From an uncultured Gammaproteobacteria bacterium (GTDB lineage Bacteria; Pseudomonadota; Gammaproteobacteria; UBA9214): 64,000 nt of DNA. The position numbers and the translations under genes are program-made. Below, piece after piece: positions 42,801 through 51,808 of the stretch. The first letter of the stretch is position 1. Each line of letters begins with the position of its first letter. The stretch covers positions 96,001 through 160,000 of the forward strand of contig CAVYZN010000005.1 of NCBI GenBank assembly GCA_963773065.1, read 5' to 3'. The notes beneath the pieces were generated by a model, which saw only the letters and a list, made by a program, of their open reading frames with translations, did no database searches and was not told the origin of the DNA.

Positions 42801-42908
42801 AGCGCGGTAGTCCTCGTCATCGAGGACCAACAGCGCACCGCCCACCATCACGGCCAGGCCCGACACCATGCCGAGCAGGCCCACTACCAGGCGTAACAAC
42901 CACCTCAT
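39842..42908 (-). CDS. AsmA family protein (frameshifted into four ORFs)
   Basis: N-terminal TM, repeated beta-groove segments, LLSSLDGK, C-terminal CVMAAFDIRDGVA..LDLGDETLD..PVHIKGP. Confidence 0.8.
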
Positions 42909-43258
42909 GTGGGTTCCTTTTTTGTTATCCGTACCCATCTGGTCACGTTACCTGCTTCGCTCGCCAATCTACCTGTTATGCCGCGGCTGCCGGAGAGCCA
43001 TCGTGCACTCATCCGCCATTCATTCCGGAAGCCGCAGCCATTATCTCCTTACCGCGGCAATCTGCCTACCGTTCCCACCGCAGTGCTGTCAACCGCGTCA
43101 AGGAGAATGCTACGGACCATGGACCAGCATCGCTTACACGGTAAACAGTGTGACATTGACAACCCCGATTGAAAGGCCAAAGATTCGGGCATCACAAGTA
43201 TTCCGGGACGCACAGCCGGCATCACCGACCACCCTTACCCACACACCCGGGCAGGTCA

Positions 43259-45076
43259 ATGAATAATCCAGACCCCCTGCCCCCGCTGCTCGCTTATGAT
43301 GGCGACTGCGGGTTTTGTGCCTACTGGGTGCGCTACTGGCAGCGCCTCACCGGCGCTCGCGTGCGCTACGCGCCGTTCCAGGAGGTGGTCGCCGATCACC
43401 CCGAGGTGCCGGCTGAGGCGTTCGTCCGCGCCATCCAGCTCTTCGATCCGGACGGAACACGTTACAGCGCCGCGGAGGCGGCGTTCCGGGTGCTGGCACG
43501 GGCGCCCGGCAGGGGCGCGGGCCTGTGGCTGTATCGCCGCTTGCCGGGATTCGCCTGGCTGGCGGAGCACGCCTATGCCTTGATCGCACGCCACCGCAGC
43601 GCGGCCTACCGTTGTTCGCGGCTGCTGTGGGGCGAGGAGCGCCACCCGCCGACCTATCGCCTGGTGAGCTGGCTGTTCCTGCGTCTGCTTAGTCTGGTAT
43701 ACCTCGCGGGATTCGTGTCGATTGCCAGCCAGATCCTGGGGTTGGTCGGCAGTGACGGCATCCTGCCGCTGCCGCGCTATTTGAGCGTGATGGCCGCACT
43801 GTATGGCCCGGAGCGCTACTGGTTCGTGCCGACGCTGTTCTGGATCAACGACTCGGACACGGCGCTGATAGCCGGCTGCCTCATGGGAGCCGCCGCGTCC
43901 CTGCTCGTCCTGCTCGACGTGCTGACACGGCCGATGCTGGTGTTCGCGTATGTGCTGTATCTGTCGCTGTGGTTAGCCCTGCCGGTGTTCGGCTATATCC
44001 AGTCCGATGCCCTGCTGCTCGAGGTGGGGTTCCTCGCGATCTTCCTCACCGGCGGCTCGCGCATCGTCATCTGGCTGTACCGCTGGCTGCTGTTCCGTTT
44101 CATGCTGTTCTCCGGCCTGATCAAGCTGCTCACCCACGATCAGAACTGGGCACACCTCACGGCGCTCGACTTCCATTACGAGACGCAGCCCCTGCCGACG
44201 CCGCTGGCCTGGTATGCGCATCAGTTACCCGAGTGGTTCCAGCAACTCTCGGTGCTGGCGATGTTCGGGATCGAAGTGGGGCTGCCGTGGCTGATTTTCA
44301 TGCCGCGGCGCCTGCGTATTGTAGCGGCCGGGGGCTTTCTCGTGCTGCAGATCGCCATCTCGCTGACCGGCAACTACCACTTCCTGAACCTGCTCACGAT
44401 ATTCCTGTGCCTGTTCCTGTTCGAAGACCGGCCGCTCGCCGAACGGGTGCCATCATGGTTGGCGGCACGTGCGCATTACCGCTTTCCCGCACCGGGCCGC
44501 CTGGCGACGGCCGGCGCCGCCGCACTGGCGGCAATTCTGGTGGTGTCCAGTCTCACGCAGACCTGGGAGCGGCTCGAACGGAGAACCCCGCCCGAACCGC
44601 TCGCGACGCTTGCGACGACGGCATCACGTTTCGGCGTGTCAAATTTTTACGGGTTCTTCGGCGTGATGAGTACCACGCGACGCGAGATCGTCGTGGAGGG
44701 CTCCATGGATGGCGAACTCTGGCACGCCTACGAGTTCCGGTACAAGCCCGGTGACGTGCGCCGCTGCCTGCGCTGGAGCGTCCCTCACCAGCCGCGCCTC
44801 GACTGGGAAATGTGGTTCGCCGCCGGTGAGTCTCCCGACCAGAACCCCTGGTTCGGAGATCTGCTGCACAAGCTCCTGGAGGGTTCTCCGCGGGTGCTGG
44901 AGCTGCTCGCCTCCAATCCGTTTCCGGATCATCCTCCGACCTATGTGCGCGGCATGTTGTATCGCTACCGTTTCACCACCCGCGGGGAAAGGGCCGCGAC
45001 GGGCGACTGCTGGGTACGCGAGCCGCTGCATCCCTATACTCCGCCGCTGCGCCTCGACAGTTGGGCGCTTCCCTGA
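43259..45076 (+). CDS. Lipase maturation factor (LMF1) family protein with N-terminal DCC1-like (DUF393) domain
   Basis: YDGDCGFC; FLRLL..VYL, LLEVGFL, HYETQPLPTPLAWY, TGNY.FLN, PHQPRLDWEMWF. Confidence 0.9.
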   Translation: MNNPDPLPPLLAYDGDCGFCAYWVRYWQRLTGARVRYAPFQEVVADHPEVPAEAFVRAIQLFDPDGTRYSAAEAAFRVLARAPGRGAGLWLYRRLPGFAWLAEHAYALIARHRSAAYRCSRLLWGEERHPPTYRLVSWLFLRLLSLVYLAGFVSIASQILGLVGSDGILPLPRYLSVMAALYGPERYWFVPTLFWINDSDTALIAGCLMGAAASLLVLLDVLTRPMLVFAYVLYLSLWLALPVFGYIQSDALLLEVGFLAIFLTGGSRIVIWLYRWLLFRFMLFSGLIKLLTHDQNWAHLTALDFHYETQPLPTPLAWYAHQLPEWFQQLSVLAMFGIEVGLPWLIFMPRRLRIVAAGGFLVLQIAISLTGNYHFLNLLTIFLCLFLFEDRPLAERVPSWLAARAHYRFPAPGRLATAGAAALAAILVVSSLTQTWERLERRTPPEPLATLATTASRFGVSNFYGFFGVMSTTRREIVVEGSMDGELWHAYEFRYKPGDVRRCLRWSVPHQPRLDWEMWFAAGESPDQNPWFGDLLHKLLEGSPRVLELLASNPFPDHPPTYVRGMLYRYRFTTRGERAATGDCWVREPLHPYTPPLRLDSWALP

Positions 45077-45221
45077 GCGGTGAGCGTACCGGTCAGGCCG
45101 GCGCATGCCCGGTGCAGTGATGGCCATCCGCCGATGTGAGACGGTATCCTATTCAGGCAGCGTGCAAGGGAGCTTCACGGTGCGCGCGCAAACGAGGACC
45201 GCCGGGTAATCCGAGTAGACC

Positions 45222-47039
45222 ATGCTTTCCATGAAAAACACCCCGCCAGGGGGTGGGACTCCTGCCCGGTGTCCCCCAGCCCCGTTGCTGCGCTTCCTGC
45301 TCGTGCTCATCGCCTGTGCCACGCCGGCCTTGCATGCCGGAGTAAGCTTCCAGTTGAATGCACAGGACACCCAGTGGCTGTTATCCCATCCCAGCGTGAT
45401 GCGCCGCGGCGCCGATTCCTCCTGGCCGCCGTTTGAATTCGTGGACAGCGCGGGCGCCTATGCCGGCATGTGCCAGGACTATGCCGATCTGGTCGCCAAA
45501 CGGCTGCATCTCGTGTTCGATGTTATCCCCGGCCTGGGCTGGAACGAGGTCCTGGCGCGGCTTAAGTCGCGCGACCTGGATGTGATCACCTGTCTGCTGG
45601 AGACGCCGGAACGGGACGGCTACATGGCGTTCAGCAAACCGTTCACGAACATACCCTCGGTCATCTTTACGCGCTCGGATTACCCCTACATCAACGGCCT
45701 GCAAAACCTGCTGGGAAAGAAAGTGGCGATGGTGCAGGGCTACGCCGTCACTGATTTTCTGACCAGGGAATACCCGGAAGTCACGCCCGTCTTCGTTGCC
45801 ACCCCGCTCGATGCGCTGCAGGCCGTGTCCCTGGGCAATGCCGATGCCTTCGTGGAAACACTCGCGGTGGGCGTCTATTTCATCCACAAGCAAGGCCTGG
45901 CAAACATCAAGGTCGCGGCACCGGCCAAGGTTCCGGCGGTGGAGATCCGTTTCGGCCTGCGCAAGGATTGGCAGCCATTGGCGGCGATCATCGACCAGGT
46001 GCTGGACACGATCACACCGCAGGAACACACCGACATCCTGCAGCGCTGGGTTACCGTCGAGTATGACCCGGTCATCGATTACTCGCTGTTGTGGAAGGTC
46101 GGCGGCACGCTGAGCGTGCTGCTGGCGCTTGCCGGCCTGTGGATCCGGCAAGTGCATAAACAGAAACTCGCGCTGCAGGCGAGCGAGGCGCGGCTGATCG
46201 CCCAGCACGATGCGCTCAAACAACTGACGGAGGACCTCGAGACCTACAGCAAACGCATCGCCAATGAATTGAACATGGCCCGTGAAACCCAGGCGGTGCT
46301 GTTGCCGGACATGACCACATTGCGCGCGATCTCCGATCTGCACGGCCTGCATGTGGATTCCCGCTTCAAGCCGAGCTCCGAGCTGGGCGGCGACTTCTGG
46401 GGGCTGAAAAGCGTCGATGAGCACCGGGTCGCCATCCTGATGGTGGATTTCTCCGGCCACGGCATCAACGCGGCCCTGAACACCTTCAGACTGCACGCCC
46501 TGCTGGAGAGTGAAAAATACCTGGAACACAACCCCGCGGCCTATCTCAACAGCATGAACGCGCGGCTGTCCCCGCTGCTGCCGGCGGGACAGTATGCCAC
46601 CATGTTCTACGGCGTCATCGATCATGCGAGGGACCTGCTGACCTATGCGGGCGCGGCAACGCCCAGCCCGCTGGTATTTCCACCGGACCGCGACAAGCCA
46701 TTGATCGGCAGCGGTGTAGGTTTCCCGCTCGGTATGTTCGATGATTCCCGCTATGAGAACCGTGAGATGCCGTTTCCGCTGGGCGCCTCACTGCTGCTCT
46801 ACAGCGACGCGGTGACCGAGGGCAAGACGCGGCGGGGAGAACGACTGGGAGAAACTGGACTGATCGATATGGCCAGTAAATGCCTCAGAACCACCCAGCG
46901 TGAAACACTGGTCGTGGCGTTGACGGGAGAACTGGATGAAATCCTCAACCAGCCACTGGCGGACGACTTGACCATCGTGTGCGCCACCCGCTCGGTCGGC
47001 TTCACCCTGCCGTTACCGGGGATGATGGATATGAAGTGA
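45222..47039 (+). CDS. Periplasmic-binding (SBP_bac_3) sensor fused to SpoIIE/PP2C phosphatase
   Basis: WPPFEF, TPERDGY..FSKP; TM; ELGGDFW, VDFSGHG, YSDAVTE, DDLTIV. Confidence 0.88.
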   Translation: MLSMKNTPPGGGTPARCPPAPLLRFLLVLIACATPALHAGVSFQLNAQDTQWLLSHPSVMRRGADSSWPPFEFVDSAGAYAGMCQDYADLVAKRLHLVFDVIPGLGWNEVLARLKSRDLDVITCLLETPERDGYMAFSKPFTNIPSVIFTRSDYPYINGLQNLLGKKVAMVQGYAVTDFLTREYPEVTPVFVATPLDALQAVSLGNADAFVETLAVGVYFIHKQGLANIKVAAPAKVPAVEIRFGLRKDWQPLAAIIDQVLDTITPQEHTDILQRWVTVEYDPVIDYSLLWKVGGTLSVLLALAGLWIRQVHKQKLALQASEARLIAQHDALKQLTEDLETYSKRIANELNMARETQAVLLPDMTTLRAISDLHGLHVDSRFKPSSELGGDFWGLKSVDEHRVAILMVDFSGHGINAALNTFRLHALLESEKYLEHNPAAYLNSMNARLSPLLPAGQYATMFYGVIDHARDLLTYAGAATPSPLVFPPDRDKPLIGSGVGFPLGMFDDSRYENREMPFPLGASLLLYSDAVTEGKTRRGERLGETGLIDMASKCLRTTQRETLVVALTGELDEILNQPLADDLTIVCATRSVGFTLPLPGMMDMK

Positions 47040-47151
47040 ACCATGACATCGGGGCAGCAGGCTGGATCGGGTTGCATCGTTAATTATGAAGTGCGGCTAT
47101 ACTTGCGGATGACATTGAATCGATTTTAAGGAATCCATAAAACGCAAGCCG

Positions 47152-48306
47152 ATGGCAATTCCTGCGGACACGGACACCCAACAGGCGAGCGTGGGCTACA
47201 GCCGGCCGGCGGCTGACTGCCTGCTGATACAGCTTGCCGGCGGCTGGACGCTCAAGGGGGGGATTCCCGACATCGACGAATTCAGCCGGCAGATCGCCGG
47301 CAACGCGAATATCCGTCACATCCGTTTCGACGGCCGCGGCATCACCCAATGGGACACCTGTCTGCTGGCCTTCCTTACCCGTATCATCGAGCAGGCCAAA
47401 CAACGGGAAATGGCGCCGGACCTTGGCGGCCTGCCCGAAGGGGTACACCGCCTGCTTGATCTGGCCGCGGCGGTCCCTCCGAAGCAAGACACGGGCCGCC
47501 ATCTCGAACCGGCGCCGCTGCTCGCGCGGATCGGCGCCATCACCCTCGATCAACTGCGCGGGGCGCCTGAAATGGCGCGCTTCACGGGCGAGATCACGCT
47601 GTCCTTTGGCCGGCTGCTGCGCGGCAAGGCGCGCTTCCGCCGCGCGGACCTGATGCTGATCATCCAGGACGTCGGACCGCAGGCCCTGCCCATTGTTTCC
47701 CTGATCAGCTTTCTGGTCGGTCTCATCGTCGCCTACATGGGCGCCGTGCAACTGGCGCAGTTCGGCGCCCAGATCTATATCGCGAACCTGGTAAGCATCG
47801 GCATGGTCCGCGAAATGGGCGCCCTGATGACCGGCATCATCATGGCCGGTCGCACCGGCGCCGCGTTTGCCGCCCAGCTCGGCACCATGCAGGTCAACGA
47901 GGAAATCGACGCCTTCAGGACGCTCGGCATATCACCCATGGACTTCCTCGTCATGCCGCGCCTGCTCGCGCTGATTTTCGTCATGCCGCTGCTCACGCTC
48001 TATTCGGACCTGGTGGGCATGCTGGCCGGCCTGTTCGTCGCCAACACGGCCTTCGATATCGGCACCTTCGAGTATTACCACCAGACGGTACACTCCCTGG
48101 ACTTGACCCAGTTCGCCGTGGGCGTCGGCAAGGGCACGACCTACGGCATCCTGATCGCCTTCGCCGGTTGCCTGCGCGGCATGCAGTGCGGGCGCAGCGC
48201 GCAGGCCGTGGGAGAGGCCACAACCTCCGCCGTGGTCACGAGCATCCTGTTCATCGTCATCGCGGCGTCCGTGCTCACGATCATTTTTCAGAAACTGGGC
48301 ATTTGA
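47152..48306 (+). CDS. MlaE-like ABC permease with N-terminal STAS domain
   Basis: REMGALMTGIIMAGRTGAAFAAQLGTMQVNEEIDA, VGEATTSAVV. Confidence 0.9.
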   Translation: MAIPADTDTQQASVGYSRPAADCLLIQLAGGWTLKGGIPDIDEFSRQIAGNANIRHIRFDGRGITQWDTCLLAFLTRIIEQAKQREMAPDLGGLPEGVHRLLDLAAAVPPKQDTGRHLEPAPLLARIGAITLDQLRGAPEMARFTGEITLSFGRLLRGKARFRRADLMLIIQDVGPQALPIVSLISFLVGLIVAYMGAVQLAQFGAQIYIANLVSIGMVREMGALMTGIIMAGRTGAAFAAQLGTMQVNEEIDAFRTLGISPMDFLVMPRLLALIFVMPLLTLYSDLVGMLAGLFVANTAFDIGTFEYYHQTVHSLDLTQFAVGVGKGTTYGILIAFAGCLRGMQCGRSAQAVGEATTSAVVTSILFIVIAASVLTIIFQKLGI

Positions 48307-48307
48307 C

Positions 48308-49084
48308 ATGGGCCCTGTCGTTAATCAGCCCATCCCGCCCGAAGCGCATATCACGGTGCGGGACCTCACCATGGCCTATGGCGACTTTGTCATCCAGCAT
48401 GATCTGAACTTCACCGTGCGCCGCGGTGACATTTTCATCATCATGGGCGGTAGCGGCTGCGGCAAGAGCACCCTGCTGCGCCACCTCGTCGGCCTCAAGC
48501 CGCCGGCCAAGGGGCAGGTGTACTTCGACGGACTCAGCTTCTGGGAAGCCGAACCGCAGGAACAGGAGTCCATCAAGCGCGGCTTCGGCATGCTGTTTCA
48601 GAGCGGCGCGCTGTGGAGTTCGCTGACTCTGGCGGAAAACGTCGCGCTGCCGCTGGGTGAATACACGGACCTCAACCCCGCCGAGATCGGCGAGGTCGTG
48701 TCGCTCAAGCTGGCGCTGGTCGGCCTCGCCGGATTCGAGGAGTTCTATCCCGCCGAGATCAGCGGCGGCATGCAGAAGCGGGCCGGGCTGGCGCGCGCCA
48801 TGGCGCTGGATCCCGATGTCCTGTTTTTCGACGAGCCTTCGGCGGGACTCGATCCCATCAGCTCCCGGCGACTCGATGATCTGATCCTGGAACTGCGCGC
48901 AAGCCTGGGCGCCACGATCGTCGTGGTGTCCCACGAACTTGCCAGCATCTTCACCATAGGCAACAACTCGGTATTTCTCGATCCCGAGACCAGGACCATG
49001 ATCGCCAGCGGCGACCCGAACAAACTGCGCCAGGAATGCCCCGACCCCAAGGTGCGCAGTTTTCTCAATCGAGGTGAAACATGA
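48308..49084 (+). CDS. MlaF-like ABC ATP-binding protein
   Basis: GGSGCGKS, ISGGMQKR, FFDEPSAGLDP. Confidence 0.92.
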   Translation: MGPVVNQPIPPEAHITVRDLTMAYGDFVIQHDLNFTVRRGDIFIIMGGSGCGKSTLLRHLVGLKPPAKGQVYFDGLSFWEAEPQEQESIKRGFGMLFQSGALWSSLTLAENVALPLGEYTDLNPAEIGEVVSLKLALVGLAGFEEFYPAEISGGMQKRAGLARAMALDPDVLFFDEPSAGLDPISSRRLDDLILELRASLGATIVVVSHELASIFTIGNNSVFLDPETRTMIASGDPNKLRQECPDPKVRSFLNRGET

Positions 49085-50061
49085 GCAAACGCGCAAATCC
49101 AACGGTTATCGGCGCCTTTGTCATCGGCGCCTTTGTCCTTGCCGTCGCGGCGGTCCTGCTGCTCAGCAGCGGCGGGCTGTTCGTGGAAAAACCGCGCTTC
49201 GTGCTGTATTTCAAGGAATCGGTCAAGGGATTGGATGTCGGCTCGCCGGTTAATTTCCGCGGCGTCAATGTCGGCACGGTAACCAACATCCAGTTGATCA
49301 TGGGCGTATCCGAGTCGGACATCAGGATACCGGTCATAATCGAAATCAATCCCGCGAACTTCCTTCGAAGTGAGCAGATGGTCAAACAGATGACCGGCGG
49401 CACAAACGAGAAACTCGCTAAACTGATCGATGCCGGCCTGCGCGCGCAGCTTCAGTTGCAGAGCCTGCTGACCGGTCAACTGTTTATCCAACTGGATTTC
49501 AATCCCGGCACGCCGGTGGAGCTGGTAGGTGACGAGAGATACCCGGAGATTCCGACGGTTCCCACACCCACAGAAAAGATCACGAGGAAACTGGAGGACT
49601 TTCCGGTTGACAAGGTCATGAATAATATTCTTGCCACATCGGAAGGCCTCACCAAGCTGGTCAACTCACCGGAACTCCATCAATCTCTCCTCTCTCTCAA
49701 CGAGACCCTGGAGAACATCGACCGGCTCGTGAAGTCGCCGGAACTGCAGAAATCCATTGCGTCGCTGCACGCCGCGCTCGATGATCTGGGAACGTTCGCG
49801 CGTCATGCTGACAATCAGGTTGAGCCGCTGACTGCAAAAATGCATGCCGCACTGGATGCAACCCGCGATGCCATGATACAGGCGCGCGACACGCTGGCAT
49901 CGGCGCAGCACCTGGCGAGCGACGAGAAGCTGCTCTATGCAATCGACAATGCGCTCGCGGAAATCACCAGCGCCGCGCGCTCGGTGCGCGACCTCACCGA
50001 TTTCCTCGAACGCCAGCCACAGTCCATTTTGAGGGGCAAGATAATTCCCGGAGGAAATTGA
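49081..50061 (+). CDS. MlaD/MCE family protein
   Basis: FKESVKGLDVGSPVNFRGV, SLLTGQLFIQLDF, LERQPQSILRG. Confidence 0.9.
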   Translation: MSKRANPTVIGAFVIGAFVLAVAAVLLLSSGGLFVEKPRFVLYFKESVKGLDVGSPVNFRGVNVGTVTNIQLIMGVSESDIRIPVIIEINPANFLRSEQMVKQMTGGTNEKLAKLIDAGLRAQLQLQSLLTGQLFIQLDFNPGTPVELVGDERYPEIPTVPTPTEKITRKLEDFPVDKVMNNILATSEGLTKLVNSPELHQSLLSLNETLENIDRLVKSPELQKSIASLHAALDDLGTFARHADNQVEPLTAKMHAALDATRDAMIQARDTLASAQHLASDEKLLYAIDNALAEITSAARSVRDLTDFLERQPQSILRGKIIPGGN

Positions 50062-50657
50062 TGCGTAACCTGATTGCGGTCCACCTTATCGGTGTCGCGC
50101 TGGCGGTGCTCGCCGGATGCGCCACTTTTACACCCTCGCGGTTTTATATCCTGAGCCCCGTGCCGGCCGATATGGCAGTTCGGGCAACCGGCCGCGAAGC
50201 GGCGATCGGCGTCGGCCCAATCAATTTACCGGAGTATCTAAATCGTCCCCAGATCGCCGTGCGCAACGGCGCCTATGAACTGCTCTACAGCGAGACCCAC
50301 CGCTGGGCCGAAGCGCTGCAGGCCAACTTCACCGATGTCCTCGCGGAGAACCTGGCGCTGTTAATCCCGACGAATCAGGTCGCCATCTACCCGTGGGGAC
50401 GCGCGACGATGATCGACTACCAGGTAATGGCGGAGGTCTCGCGTTTCGATGCCGACGCGAATGGCAACGTGACGCTCTCCGCAAGCTGGAAGCTGGTCGG
50501 GGGTGAAAACCGGGAAGTCATCGCGATGAAAAAATCGACTTTTACGGAAGCCGCCGGGGGGAGTGATTACGAGCAGATCGTCGCGGCCCAGAGCCGCGCG
50601 CTCGCCGCGCTGAGCCGGGAGATAGCCGGGGCGGTCAGGACGGCGGCCGCCCGCTGA
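50058..50657 (+). CDS. PqiC-like ABC auxiliary lipoprotein
   Basis: Lipobox LAGC; GVGPINLPEYLNRPQI, HRWAE. Confidence 0.88.
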   Translation: MMRNLIAVHLIGVALAVLAGCATFTPSRFYILSPVPADMAVRATGREAAIGVGPINLPEYLNRPQIAVRNGAYELLYSETHRWAEALQANFTDVLAENLALLIPTNQVAIYPWGRATMIDYQVMAEVSRFDADANGNVTLSASWKLVGGENREVIAMKKSTFTEAAGGSDYEQIVAAQSRALAALSREIAGAVRTAAAR

Positions 50658-50759
50658 GGCCGGAGGCCGCGACGCGGAGCGTCATATCGGTTCCAATAAG
50701 ACCGATGAAAAAGGGCCGCCGTGCGGCAGCCCTCGTTACGGTTGCGCTTGTTTGTGATC

Positions 50760-51585
50760 TCAGAAAGAATAAGTGACGGCAACCAGCGCCTTGACCTGAT
50801 TTTCATTCCCCGCCTGCTTGACGAGCGGGCTATCCTCGGCGTCGTTCAGCATACGGGTGTAATTGATGACGCCTGCCAGCCCCCAGGTCTGGTTGAACTT
50901 GTAGAGGCCAATGAGGCTCAGGCCGGTGTCCTTGAAACCGCTGCCGGCCTTGTAGGTCGGAAACCCGCTGCGCGCCGCATTATTGCCGTCCACGCCGAAA
51001 TAGGTTTCCATGTAATCGTCGCTGGCCCAGGTCATGTGGGCTCCGAGCGCCAGCTTGAAACGCTCATCGACCGGAATGGCGTAGTTACCGTTGAGATACC
51101 AGACATCGCCGCTGTGTTCATCCGAGACATCCGTGACATAGGTCGTGCTAAGCGACAGGCGATCCGCCTTCCAGCCCAGAAAGGCGCCCGCTTCCGTGGC
51201 CGCATCGACATCCCTCATGCTGGTCGACCCGGTTATTGTCCACATCATTGCGCTCCATGCGGTATTGCAGCACCGGGCCCAGCTCCCACCCGGTATCCTT
51301 GGTCAGGACGTTCAGCTCGAGACGCGCCGCGCTTTCCGCGTTCGCGGTGCCGCCGAGGGAGATATAGCGGCCGCTGGCCCAGTTGTAGCGGCCAAACGGC
51401 GCTATGGTCCCCTTGTTCGTGTCGGAACCTTCGTAGTCCGGGACCGAGCCCACACCGAGGCCGATGAAGCCGTTGCCCTGCTGGCCCGCTTCATCCGCAA
51501 TCTCCGAGTAGGCGAATGCGCTTGAAGTTGCGACTGTGCCGGCCAGCAACAGAATGCCGGCGGTGATTAATTGCTTCCGCTCCAT
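50760..51585 (-). CDS. MipA/OmpV family outer-membrane protein (frameshift near 51220)
   Basis: GLGVGSVPDYEGSD, YMETYFGV, AEDSPLV, terminal YSF. Confidence 0.85.
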
Positions 51586-51808
51586 GATGAACTCCATCGT
51601 TAACTGCCTTGATGGCGGCAGCGCGGAGTATAGGTTAATTCCTGGCATCACACCAGCAGGCTTCCGGCCATACTCATGCCTTGCGCGGACTAAAGCCGTC
51701 AGATGCCTCGAACCCGCCATACGTGCGTGCGCCTTTGCGCGTCGAAACCGGTGTTTATCGTCGGAAACAAGTTAAGATATCCGTCCATTACCCGCGGGCA
51801 GGTATTGA

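Noticed and set aside
45381-46625. Long antisense ORFs (this one, also 12695-13660, 50721-51467, 57208-58161, 63458-63910)
   Set aside because: They overlap well-supported genes on the opposite strand and have no motifs; expected in GC-rich DNA.
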